Virus record (IMG/VR): IMGVR_UViG_3300009703_002802
Length of the DNA: 64,000 nt
From: a virus
Strand: one strand, 5' to 3'
Position numbers and translations under genes: made by a program. This document shows, piece by piece, positions 1 to 8,058 of this stretch. The notes under the pieces were generated by a model that was given only the letters and a program-made list of their open reading frames with translations, searched no databases and had not been told where the DNA came from. Positions within the stretch are counted from its first letter, which is position 1; every line of letters starts with the position of its first letter.

Positions 1-2
1 AA

Positions 3-419
3 GTAGAACCAGAGTTAGATCTGGAAGCTGAAATTGACGAGCTTCAAGAAGAGTTTGAAAAAGAAGAAACCTCGCTTGCAAAAGAAGAAAGAGTTTCCAC
101 GTTATCTTTTCACACAGACAAAGAAGGCTACATATGGGTAGACGTTTACTGGGCTGATTTAGAAGGCGCTCACATATCTTTTGCTGAACTTTTAGAAAAA
201 GTTTCTAGCGGAGATTTAATTCAAGACGTTTTTGATTTTGTCAAAAATAAGTGCGAAACAGAGGAAGAAATGAAATTATTTTCCGAAATACTTGAAACAA
301 TCACAGATATGCAAAAACTACGGCTGTTTAATAACATTACTGGGCTAGATCATTCCAGTCTTACCCCAGATAATGGGCCTGTTGTAAGACCAACAAAGAT
401 GATAAAAAACAACAAATAA
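3..419 (+). CDS. Hypothetical acidic protein, 5'-truncated by window edge
   Basis: Frame 3 is open from base 3 (VEPELDLEAEIDELQEEFEKEE...) to TAA at 417-419; absent from the ORF track because its start lies outside the window. Confidence 0.75.
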   Translation, partial: VEPELDLEAEIDELQEEFEKEETSLAKEERVSTLSFHTDKEGYIWVDVYWADLEGAHISFAELLEKVSSGDLIQDVFDFVKNKCETEEEMKLFSEILETITDMQKLRLFNNITGLDHSSLTPDNGPVVRPTKMIKNNK

Positions 420-428
420 GTGTATAAT
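420..428 (+). promoter_or_regulatory. GTGTATAAT motif, putative phage-sigma promoter (copy 1)
   Basis: Immediately after an upstream stop; the same 9-mer occurs at 3183, 11904 and 60488(-), all at gene junctions; no TTGACA-like -35. Confidence 0.55.
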
Positions 429-469
429 TATTTAGACAGTATACTAACTCCCTATGTAAGGAGTATAAC

Positions 470-1102
470 ATGATATCTAATAAAATAGCGTGGGAAAAAT
501 GGGATGATGATTTAATAGAGGAAGAACTTTTTGAAGATTTATACGCACTGAGCAACCCAGAAGACGAGGAAGATCCTGAAATCATACAAGAAGCTTTGGA
601 GTTTATGAGCAAAATACCAAAGCTTGTAAGCACTCCTACTGGAATGGCTCAGCTACACGACAAGATGAGTGTTCTAAATCAGTTTGACTGCTGGATGGGA
701 CACACTAACTTTGACATAACAAAAGCTGTTCAAAATATCATTGAAACAGCAGAGGGAGTTGAGCTGCTTCAAATAAGCAGTAGGTATAGATTTTTTGTAG
801 GGGTAGGAAGACTTTTTAATTTTGCTGATGTTAGAAGAGATATAGAGTCAATACTCTGCAACTCTAGCATTAAAGATGATTTAAAAAGTTTAGATGTAGA
901 TGAGTACACACAAGACACTGTGGAACTCATAAAAGAAACTATACACTACGATAAGCACTGGGTAATATTCGTTAGACCTACCGGAGAAGTTAAGTACGCT
1001 AGCACCAACGAAGATAATGACGAAGGCTACTTAAACAAACTTCTCAGATACGAAAGAGACAAGGAAATTTTTGGCGGTTTGATTCTTCAAAACGAAAATT
1101 AG
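470..1102 (+). CDS. Hypothetical protein (210 aa)
   Basis: Long ORF, AAGGAG SD at 458-463. Confidence 0.8.
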   Translation: MISNKIAWEKWDDDLIEEELFEDLYALSNPEDEEDPEIIQEALEFMSKIPKLVSTPTGMAQLHDKMSVLNQFDCWMGHTNFDITKAVQNIIETAEGVELLQISSRYRFFVGVGRLFNFADVRRDIESILCNSSIKDDLKSLDVDEYTQDTVELIKETIHYDKHWVIFVRPTGEVKYASTNEDNDEGYLNKLLRYERDKEIFGGLILQNEN

Positions 1103-1103
1103 A

Positions 1104-1766
1104 ATGAACGACGATTCTTTAATAAACGAAATACATTCTTATGGCCTAAACAGCAAGGCTGGAGAAATATATTTACACGGCTTTTTCTCTAACGCAGAAG
1201 AAGAGCCGGGAGTTGATTATAGAATGGCTACAACATTTATAAAAAACTTACATATCATTCAAAACATAGAACCAAATAAAGAAGTATTAATACATATGCA
1301 CACCATAGGAGGTAACTGGCAAGATGGAATGGCAATATACGATTCTATATTGTTATGCCCAAGTCATGTAACAACTGTTGCTTATTCAACAGCCTCGTCT
1401 ATGAGTAGTGTAATATTGCAGGCTTCTGACTTAAGACTAGCTATGCCTGATACTGACTTTTTGATTCACTTTGGCTCTGTATTTGCTGAAGGAAACAGCT
1501 TGGCTGTTATCTCTGCGGTAGATCATGAGAAGAAGTTAAATAGCAGAATGCTTGATATATACACTGACAGATGTATTAGGGGTAAATTTTTCAAACAACA
1601 TTATAAGTCACTTACGAGAGATAAGGTTAAGTCTTACATAGCTAAGAAGTTAAAAAACAAAGTTGACTGGCTTCTCGGCGCTGAAGAAGCTGTTTTTTAT
1701 GGATTTGCGGATGGAATCATTGGTGAAAAAGGATATGAGAATATTCAAAGCATTAGACCAAAATAG
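1104..1766 (+). CDS. clpP: ClpP-like serine protease
   Basis: HTIGGNWQDGMAIYDSI, ASSMSSVILQA (Ser), LIHFG (His), DWLLGAEEAVFYGFAD (Asp) match the ClpP fold and triad. Confidence 0.85.
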   Translation: MNDDSLINEIHSYGLNSKAGEIYLHGFFSNAEEEPGVDYRMATTFIKNLHIIQNIEPNKEVLIHMHTIGGNWQDGMAIYDSILLCPSHVTTVAYSTASSMSSVILQASDLRLAMPDTDFLIHFGSVFAEGNSLAVISAVDHEKKLNSRMLDIYTDRCIRGKFFKQHYKSLTRDKVKSYIAKKLKNKVDWLLGAEEAVFYGFADGIIGEKGYENIQSIRPK

Positions 1767-1774
1767 GTGTTCGC

Positions 1775-2071
1775 ATGTTAAAAAAATTTTTTTGCGTAGC
1801 TCTAATAGCTAACATAGTATTAAGTTCCTTTTGTCTTTATCATCTTCTCAACCAAGAAAAAGTTGAGCTAAAGATAGAAATTGACAAAAGCTTTGTAGAG
1901 AAGATGGATATGCTGGATAAAAAAATGGACGCAATGTATTTTGACTCTAGAGAAAGAGATACAGTGCTTTTGAGATTATTAGTTGATATTCGCAATGAAT
2001 TAAAAGGCCCAACTATAGACTCTAATTTAAAAGGAAAAGTAGCACTTAATGAAGGAAGTTACGGAAAGTGA
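1775..2071 (+). CDS. Small protein with N-terminal membrane anchor/signal
   Basis: Hydrophobic N-terminus FFCVALIANIVLSSFCLY followed by a helical soluble part. Confidence 0.65.
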   Translation: MLKKFFCVALIANIVLSSFCLYHLLNQEKVELKIEIDKSFVEKMDMLDKKMDAMYFDSRERDTVLLRLLVDIRNELKGPTIDSNLKGKVALNEGSYGK

Positions 2072-2561
2072 ATTTCTAGAGGCTTATAAAAATCTTGATA
2101 ACACTCGAATAATGAATAAGGTTTGTTCAAGATACAGAAATACTATACCTCATGATGAAATAGAAAGATGTAAACTTGTCGCTCTTTGGGAAGCTATGAA
2201 AGCTTTTGACCCAAATGGTGGTAGAAAGTTTACGTCCTTTCTGTATAACAGGATTGATTGGGAGTGCAAAAAAGAAATACAAAGAATAAATAGGCACAAA
2301 AGAAGGACTACCTTTTTTATTGATGGACATCCGGAAGGAAGTCACACTCCTGATTATAGAAACTTAAGAAATTATGAAACTGTGAATATGGAGGAAGCAA
2401 TAGAAACATTGGTTCCAAAATATAAAAATATATTACATCAAAGATTCTTTGAAAGAATGACGATGCAGGAAATAGCCGACAGGAACAATTATAGTAGGGA
2501 AACCGCAAGAAGGTATATAAACATAGCACTGGAAAAGCTGAGAGAATGTTTACCGAAATAG
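2049..2561 (+). CDS. Sigma-70 family (region 2 + region 4) sigma factor
   Basis: ALWEAMKAFDPNGGRKFTSFLYNRI (region 2); ERMTMQEIADRNNYSRETARRYINIALEKLR (region 4 HTH). Confidence 0.85.
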   Translation: MKEVTESEFLEAYKNLDNTRIMNKVCSRYRNTIPHDEIERCKLVALWEAMKAFDPNGGRKFTSFLYNRIDWECKKEIQRINRHKRRTTFFIDGHPEGSHTPDYRNLRNYETVNMEEAIETLVPKYKNILHQRFFERMTMQEIADRNNYSRETARRYINIALEKLRECLPK

Positions 2562-3190
2562 CCTGTTACAGCCAAGATTCAACTCTTAATGACATCTTAC
2601 TGACAATATTTACATCTTCAGAACAAGGAGTTGACTGCGTTGCCCTGCCTTCTGGATTTATGAGTAGGGTGCAGGATTTTATTAAAGACCAAACATTTGC
2701 TGCCGTCATAGACTTTCCTTACGGGATAAGCACAACCCAAGTGCGATTGCATGAAATACTGCTCGCAATACGTCATGGAGCTTCTTTCATAGACTTGGTT
2801 CTTAACCCAAGCTACATAAAAGAGGGAAGCTGGAAAAAAGTAGAAGAAGATCTTAAAACATGCTTGACTGTCTGCAAGCAAAATAAAGTCGTGCTACGAC
2901 CAATCCTTGAATACAAACTGTTTGAACCAAAAGAAGTTCTCAGCGTCTGTGAAATTTTAGAAAAAAACACAGTCACCACTGTTATAAACTCTACAGGCTC
3001 AATAATAGATGAGCCAAGCGACAACGCTATTATCTGCCATTCAATACAAAAAAACACCGACATATCAGTCATTTCTTGTAGCAATAGAATAACACCAAAA
3101 TATTTTGACATATTTTCTAATATGGGAATAGAGGGTTTTAGATTTACTTCCTCTTCAATAGCCAAAAATATACTGTCAAATGGTGTATAA
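2546..3190 (+). CDS. Deoxyribose-phosphate aldolase (DeoC)-like protein, catalytic lysines apparently lost
   Basis: VIDFPYG...AIRHGASFIDLVLN and LRPILE match DeoC; the KTSTG motif reads INSTG. Confidence 0.75.
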   Translation: MFTEIACYSQDSTLNDILLTIFTSSEQGVDCVALPSGFMSRVQDFIKDQTFAAVIDFPYGISTTQVRLHEILLAIRHGASFIDLVLNPSYIKEGSWKKVEEDLKTCLTVCKQNKVVLRPILEYKLFEPKEVLSVCEILEKNTVTTVINSTGSIIDEPSDNAIICHSIQKNTDISVISCSNRITPKYFDIFSNMGIEGFRFTSSSIAKNILSNGV

Positions 3191-3191
3191 T
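3183..3191 (+). promoter_or_regulatory. GTGTATAAT motif (copy 2)
   Basis: Overlaps the deoC-like stop; shares 15 nt (AATGGTGTATAATAT) with the minus-strand copy near 60488. Confidence 0.6.
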
Positions 3192-3263
3192 ATATTGGAC
3201 AGGATCCTTACCGCAGGAAAAAAAGGACAAGTGCTAGCCATAAAAATATAGTGAGAAATAAAG

Positions 3264-3929
3264 ATGGCAACAAGCACACATAAGTATTATATCAGCGAAA
3301 GTTCAACTTCCGATGGTATAGCAGACAACGACGGTGGCGTAATTATGCACGGTGGTAACATCGGTAGTTCTCGTCACACAAACAAAAGCATCCTTGATAT
3401 TGTCAAAGGTGCTGATGATTACGGTTCAATGGTTAAAGCCAATACTGGTACTGCCAACGAGATCGGAATCACCACAGCAAGATCTGACGGTACACTTGCT
3501 TATAATCCTAACGGAAGAGCAGTTACTAGATCTTCAACTGACACGGGCTTTTTGATTAGAGGTGGTTCTCCAACTTTAATTAGTGGTATTTCTGCTACTG
3601 GTGGAATTCTTTCCATTCCCGGTAGTGATACTACTGCAAGACGTGCTGGTAATCTTCACTTCACAGAACGTGTATACCAAAGGGGTACATGGGCGACAAC
3701 TATCTTCGACCTATTTGGCGGAGGCTTGTTGCAGAGCGATGGTACAGCTAAAGCTGGCATCACAAATAGAGGAACACGATACAACCATAACAGTATCGAC
3801 AACTCTAAAGCTGATAGCCCAGATGACGCTGCAAGACCATCAAGATCTGTTCCCGGTGAAGCAGTTATCCTATTCAACTTCGTTAGTTACTCAACTAACA
3901 TGGTTGACTATAGCGATATAACCGGCTAG
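3264..3929 (+). CDS. Gly/Ser/Thr-rich hypothetical protein, probable virion component
   Basis: 221-aa ORF; composition typical of structural proteins; lies downstream of the GTGTATAAT motif. Confidence 0.6.
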   Translation: MATSTHKYYISESSTSDGIADNDGGVIMHGGNIGSSRHTNKSILDIVKGADDYGSMVKANTGTANEIGITTARSDGTLAYNPNGRAVTRSSTDTGFLIRGGSPTLISGISATGGILSIPGSDTTARRAGNLHFTERVYQRGTWATTIFDLFGGGLLQSDGTAKAGITNRGTRYNHNSIDNSKADSPDDAARPSRSVPGEAVILFNFVSYSTNMVDYSDITG

Positions 3930-3947
3930 TCAAGTTTAGTAATAATT

Positions 3948-3993
3948 GGGGGTGTGGGGTAAATACTCCGCACCCCCTATATTATGGAGTATT
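3948..3993 (+). promoter_or_regulatory. GC-rich hairpin with an alternative SD-occluding pairing
   Basis: 12-bp stem 3948-3959/3966-3977 with two G.U pairs; alternative 8-bp AATACTCC (3962-3969)/GGAGTATT (3986-3993) covers the SD. Confidence 0.55.
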
Positions 3994-3997
3994 GCAG

Positions 3998-4339
3998 ATG
4001 AAAACCCTGTTAGCTTTTTTGCCGCCCCTTTTAGTTGCAGCTGGCGATACGATGCCTTTTGCATTTGATTGGGGAACTATATCGGCTACAGGACTATTGG
4101 GATGGTATTTATGGTATACAACCAAAGTCATACTTCCTTCACATCAAAAACAAATTTCTGTCATGCAAGAAACTTTTAGTGGTGATTTTAAAAATCAAAG
4201 AGATCATTACGAAAAGATATTAGATGACTTACAAGATCGTTATGATGCGAAGAATGAGGTTGAAGCAGAAAGAATGCAAAGAGTAAGTGATACTCTGGAC
4301 AAAATAAACATGACATTAAATAAGATTGGAGAAAAGTAA
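3998..4339 (+). CDS. Membrane protein with coiled-coil tail (holin-like candidate)
   Basis: ATG at 3998 after GGAG; hydrophobic N-terminal segments (LLAFLPPLLVAAG; ISATGLLGWYLWY) and a charged helical C-terminus. Confidence 0.55.
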   Translation: MKTLLAFLPPLLVAAGDTMPFAFDWGTISATGLLGWYLWYTTKVILPSHQKQISVMQETFSGDFKNQRDHYEKILDDLQDRYDAKNEVEAERMQRVSDTLDKINMTLNKIGEK

Positions 4340-4578
4340 TGAAGGCTGTTAAAAATAAAAAAGGAATTTTAGCAATAGTATCAATATTGATTGCTTTACT
4401 TGCAGCCATCTGGCAAAACGGAGGACTTGATGGAATTATTATAGACGTTCCGGGATCTAACCCCATTGAAGTTAATATTCCAGAAGGTTGCGATTGCGAT
4501 GAAGGTTGCGAATGTGATGTTGATGGCGGTGATTGTGTTTGTGTTGACACATGCGATTGCCCTGTCTGCACCGGATAA
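4339..4578 (+). CDS. Small membrane-anchored protein with Cys-rich (CxC repeat) tail
   Basis: TAATG coupling; basic N-terminus plus TM GILAIVSILIALLAAIW; tail CDCDEGCECDVDGGDCVCVDTCDCPVC. Confidence 0.65.
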   Translation: MKAVKNKKGILAIVSILIALLAAIWQNGGLDGIIIDVPGSNPIEVNIPEGCDCDEGCECDVDGGDCVCVDTCDCPVCTG

Positions 4579-5005
4579 TTATGAAGTAGAGGTTGTTGAA
4601 TACTGCGATTACGTAGAAATCAACCACGTTTACAGATATGACGAAATAGACGAGAGAGTGGTCTGCTACATGAAGCAGGCCATTTTCTGGTCTTTTAGAG
4701 AAGAAGTTTTACTGCCAGTAATGGACTCGCAAGGCAAGCCGACTGACGAATATAGAATGACTTCTGACTTTGTAGTGCGAGACTATGTTGTATTAAAGAT
4801 GGGCTGGAGTAACAAACAAAATACAACATGGAATTTTATTAATGGAAAGTGGCATTTCACTTTTTATGATATGAATAGCGATACTTACTTACGAATCATA
4901 TGTAATAGCATAAAGACGAGCCACACAGACTATGATGTTGAACGTAGAAATCTTAAGCTAATAAAAAAAGAACATAGACACGAATTTATGGAGCGAAGAG
5001 AATGA
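4523..5005 (+). CDS. Putative secreted hypothetical protein
   Basis: In-frame ATG at 4523 gives signal-like MAVIVFVLTHAIALSA, then EINHVYRYD...QAIFWSF; start uncertain. Confidence 0.6.
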   Translation: MAVIVFVLTHAIALSAPDNYEVEVVEYCDYVEINHVYRYDEIDERVVCYMKQAIFWSFREEVLLPVMDSQGKPTDEYRMTSDFVVRDYVVLKMGWSNKQNTTWNFINGKWHFTFYDMNSDTYLRIICNSIKTSHTDYDVERRNLKLIKKEHRHEFMERRE

Positions 5006-5385
5006 AATATCCAAAAATTAAAGCTGAGTGGGAACCGATTTCAAACCCAAACGTAAATGTGACCAGTCAAGAATTAAAAATTTATGTCAACGGTTCATTA
5101 AAAGAACAAAGAGCTTTTGACCGTTGGGCGAGAGAGCATGAATTTTTTATACCCGCTTGGGATAGTAAAGGAAATCTTTTAGAAAATCAAACAAGGGTTT
5201 ATTTTACTGTTGAAGCTAAGACCGACAATTTTTCTTCAGAGATCATAACATCTAATGTTATACAACTAGAAAGTATTTCTATGAAAGAAAAGCCAGCGGA
5301 CTTGAAGGTGTCCGTTATGCCCTTTCCTCAATTCTATCAAGAATTTGATTCGCCAATTTTTGTCGTGGGTAGCGGGGTTAATTAA
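5002..5385 (+). CDS. Hypothetical protein, beta-rich
   Basis: ATGA-coupled 127-aa ORF. Confidence 0.65.
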   Translation: MKYPKIKAEWEPISNPNVNVTSQELKIYVNGSLKEQRAFDRWAREHEFFIPAWDSKGNLLENQTRVYFTVEAKTDNFSSEIITSNVIQLESISMKEKPADLKVSVMPFPQFYQEFDSPIFVVGSGVN

Positions 5386-6627
5386 ATGAACTGGCAAGAC
5401 CTACACAATCAATCTTTAATATTCGATTGGCATAATCACGGAACTCTCAAGAACTTTTTATTTGACCGTTCTCTTGACGGTAAAGAGTCTAGGTTCTTAA
5501 CTAGATTATTCAAAAGAGCTTTTTGGCCTCTGAGCGAAAGGAACACGCTCCCAAAGATGGAAGAAGGAGGTTTAGATGTGGTTCTGTCCACATCTTATAT
5601 ACCTGAGATAGAGTGGGTAGACGACCAAAAGCTCATCAAATTTCTAAAGTGGATCTACCCTTCCGTAAACAAAAGAGTTTTTCAACCCACTTACTTTGAC
5701 GCGACCAACGCCATGATGGATCGCATGGAAAAAGAAGTGAATGATTACAACAAAATTTCTCTATCAGATAGAAAATTCAAATTCGCAAAAAACATAAAAG
5801 AGCTTGAACAAGTTGTGGCTGATGGAAATATAGCAATGATTCACTCTGTAGAGGGAGGTCACTCTTTAAATGGAGAGTTGGCTAAAAAAAGAGTTGATGA
5901 ATCTACAGCACTAAAACCTTTGGTAAGAGATGAGATCCTAAAAAACTTAGAACATTTTTATGACAGAGGCGTGGCATATCTCACACTAGCACACTTTTAT
6001 CCAAATCACTTGGTTAGTCCTGTATTTCCATATCCAGAATACGGCATTAAAAGCAGCAATTGGAAAAACCTAATGGCTGGCTGGGATATGAATAAGGGAC
6101 TAACATCAACAGGCAAAAAGGTGGTGCAAGCTATGAAAGAAATGGGTATGATTATAGACATAACCCATTGCACGCCTAAAGCTAGACAAGAAGTCTATGA
6201 GATAGTTGGTAACGATCTATCTAAGGTTATTGCCAGTCATATCGGTGCTTATGCCGTCAATCCAGACCCACTAAACTTAGAAGACTGGGAAATAAAATGG
6301 ATGGCAGATCATAATTGCCTGATAGGTATTATCTTTATGAATTATTGGCTAAGTCCAATAGATTCAGGTTTAGGATTAAAACATATAGAACGTACAATGG
6401 ATCACATAATAAATATAGCTGGAGATAAAGTTCTTTCGATAGGAACTGACTTCGACGGCTTTACAGATCCTCCAGATGAAATCACAGACATATCAGAGCT
6501 ACCTAGACTAACTAGGTATTTAAAATGTCTAAAGTCATCTATAAACGAAGACAAGTATAGTGATAATACAATCACAAATATTTTAGGCAGAAATTCGCTA
6601 AGATTCTTACTAGAAGGTTGGAAATAA
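5386..6627 (+). CDS. Membrane dipeptidase / peptidase M19 family
   Basis: DWHNH, HSVEGG, YLTLAH, GLTSTGKKVVQAMKEMGMIIDITH, ASH and GTDFDG motifs. Confidence 0.9.
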   Translation: MNWQDLHNQSLIFDWHNHGTLKNFLFDRSLDGKESRFLTRLFKRAFWPLSERNTLPKMEEGGLDVVLSTSYIPEIEWVDDQKLIKFLKWIYPSVNKRVFQPTYFDATNAMMDRMEKEVNDYNKISLSDRKFKFAKNIKELEQVVADGNIAMIHSVEGGHSLNGELAKKRVDESTALKPLVRDEILKNLEHFYDRGVAYLTLAHFYPNHLVSPVFPYPEYGIKSSNWKNLMAGWDMNKGLTSTGKKVVQAMKEMGMIIDITHCTPKARQEVYEIVGNDLSKVIASHIGAYAVNPDPLNLEDWEIKWMADHNCLIGIIFMNYWLSPIDSGLGLKHIERTMDHIINIAGDKVLSIGTDFDGFTDPPDEITDISELPRLTRYLKCLKSSINEDKYSDNTITNILGRNSLRFLLEGWK

Positions 6628-7073
6628 TGTTTAAAGAAAACGAATACACAGAAGCAATGAAGCAGTATGCTGATGATGCTACTATTAGTGACCCAAAGAC
6701 GGGTGCTTGCTGGGAAGGTTATGAAAGAGTACCAAATACAAAAAAGGGATCTCCCGGAAGCTGTAGAAAAAAAGGTACTAAAGGATCTGCCGAAGACTGG
6801 GACGAAGAGTGGACAGAGTACTCTGAAGCCGCTGAATATCAAGGAAGAAAAGTTACACTAAATAAGCCGTTTCTTACTCCTGACGGACCAAAGAAGCGTT
6901 CTGTTTATGTAAAAAATGATAAGGGCAACGTAGTTAAAGTAAACTTCGGAGATCCCAATATGAAAATTAAAAAAAATGATCCAGCAAGACGCAAGAGTTT
7001 TAGGTCAAGACACAACTGCGACAATCCGGGTCCTAAATGGAAAGCAAGATACTGGTCTTGTAAAGCTTGGTAG
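6627..7073 (+). CDS. Modular basic phage protein (CWxGY module plus KVTLNKPF...RKSFRSRHNC...YWSC domain)
   Basis: TAATG coupling gives start 6627; both modules resemble widespread phage domains of unknown function. Confidence 0.75.
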   Translation: MFKENEYTEAMKQYADDATISDPKTGACWEGYERVPNTKKGSPGSCRKKGTKGSAEDWDEEWTEYSEAAEYQGRKVTLNKPFLTPDGPKKRSVYVKNDKGNVVKVNFGDPNMKIKKNDPARRKSFRSRHNCDNPGPKWKARYWSCKAW

Positions 7074-7081
7074 GGTTAAAA

Positions 7082-7252
7082 ATGTTTAAAAAAAATAAAT
7101 ACATAGAAGCTCTAAGACTTAATACCGAAGGTCGTATAAAATATGAATACGAACACCCAAGGACTGGGGAAGTATTCTTGTATTCAAGGAAGGGTCCTCA
7201 TAAAAAGGGTGGAGTTACATTAATTTATAAGGGTAAAGCAAAAAATGGCTAG
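7082..7252 (+). CDS. Small basic hypothetical protein
   Basis: ATG at 7082; N-terminus resembles that of the preceding gene. Confidence 0.6.
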   Translation: MFKKNKYIEALRLNTEGRIKYEYEHPRTGEVFLYSRKGPHKKGGVTLIYKGKAKNG

Positions 7253-7508
7253 CGAAGAAAATAAGAATCTATCTAAACACGACAAGAGAGAACTCAAGAA
7301 TAAGCTTAGACTGGATAAAAAAGACGATAAACGAAGCTATAAACTTGAGAAGATTAAAGAAGTTAGTAACAAGGCTCTTGCGGTTGCAGCGAAGAGAAAA
7401 TGGCTAGTATTTTTAATTGGCATAGGTCTTGTCGCTTATTTTGTCATTTCAAGTGGCGGTTTAGGTGGCGGCGGTGGTATAATGGATAAGATTAAATCTT
7501 TTTTTTAG
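7245..7508 (+). CDS. Basic protein with C-terminal TM helix
   Basis: Lys-rich N-terminus; WLVFLIGIGLVAYFVI TM segment; Gly linker. Confidence 0.7.
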   Translation: MASEENKNLSKHDKRELKNKLRLDKKDDKRSYKLEKIKEVSNKALAVAAKRKWLVFLIGIGLVAYFVISSGGLGGGGGIMDKIKSFF

Positions 7509-7523
7509 ACTAGGAGAATAGTA

Positions 7524-7706
7524 ATGGAAAAGGTTAAAGCTCTTTTAAAGAGTCGTAGATTCTGGACTGCTATCGGCGGTGTTGTTGTTGTGGTTGGTCA
7601 AGAAACTCTTGGGTTAGACCCAGACACAACTAACAGAATTATAGCTCTGGCTGTAGCTTGGATTGTCGGAGACTCTTTAAGAGTTACCGATACCAACAAC
7701 GAATAA
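7524..7706 (+). CDS. Small two-TM holin-like protein
   Basis: AGGAG SD; KSRRFWTAIGGVVVVVG and IIALAVAWIVG, a pattern seen in small phage holins. Confidence 0.55.
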   Translation: MEKVKALLKSRRFWTAIGGVVVVVGQETLGLDPDTTNRIIALAVAWIVGDSLRVTDTNNE

Positions 7707-7724
7707 CTTTAGCGGGTAATTCGC

Positions 7725-7755
7725 AAGCCTAGCCTCCTTTGGAGGCTGGGCTTTT
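7725..7755 (+). terminator. Rho-independent terminator
   Basis: 13-bp stem AAGCCTAGCCTCC-TTT-GGAGGCTGGGCTT followed by TT. Confidence 0.8.
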
Positions 7756-7770
7756 ACATACGGAAATGAC

Positions 7771-8058
7771 ATGACGGAAAAAACAAAAGAAAAACACGTA
7801 CTAATATTCTCTGCACAGTGGTGTAGTCCTTGTAGACAAATGAAATTCAATGTTCTTTCGGATTCAAAAGTAAAACAAAGACTTTCTGAATATGACTCTG
7901 TACAATATTTAGATATAGATGAATCTAATGGAAGGCAGCTCTCTGCCGCTTACAGAGTCTCTGCTGTTCCCACAGTTATCATTGTAAATGAAGAAGGAAG
8001 ACCTAAAAAAATGGGTCACTTCATGAACACCTATAATTTCTTGGAGTTTTTAAAGTGA
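7771..8058 (+). CDS. Thioredoxin-like protein
   Basis: WCSPC active site; cis-Pro motif AVPT. Confidence 0.85.
   Translation: MTEKTKEKHVLIFSAQWCSPCRQMKFNVLSDSKVKQRLSEYDSVQYLDIDESNGRQLSAAYRVSAVPTVIIVNEEGRPKKMGHFMNTYNFLEFLK

Noticed and set aside
447-464. Anti-SD hairpins ACTCC/GGAGT here and CTCC-ATA-GGAG at 60462-60472 (-)
   Set aside because: Only 4-5 bp; too weak to claim, though they echo the 3962-3993 structure
3948-3959. G-quadruplex
   Set aside because: Only two G-runs, and a complementary C-rich arm follows
3998-5005. Overlapping membrane genes as an Rz/Rz1 spanin pair
   Set aside because: No lipobox cysteine after either signal sequence, and no endolysin recognised nearby
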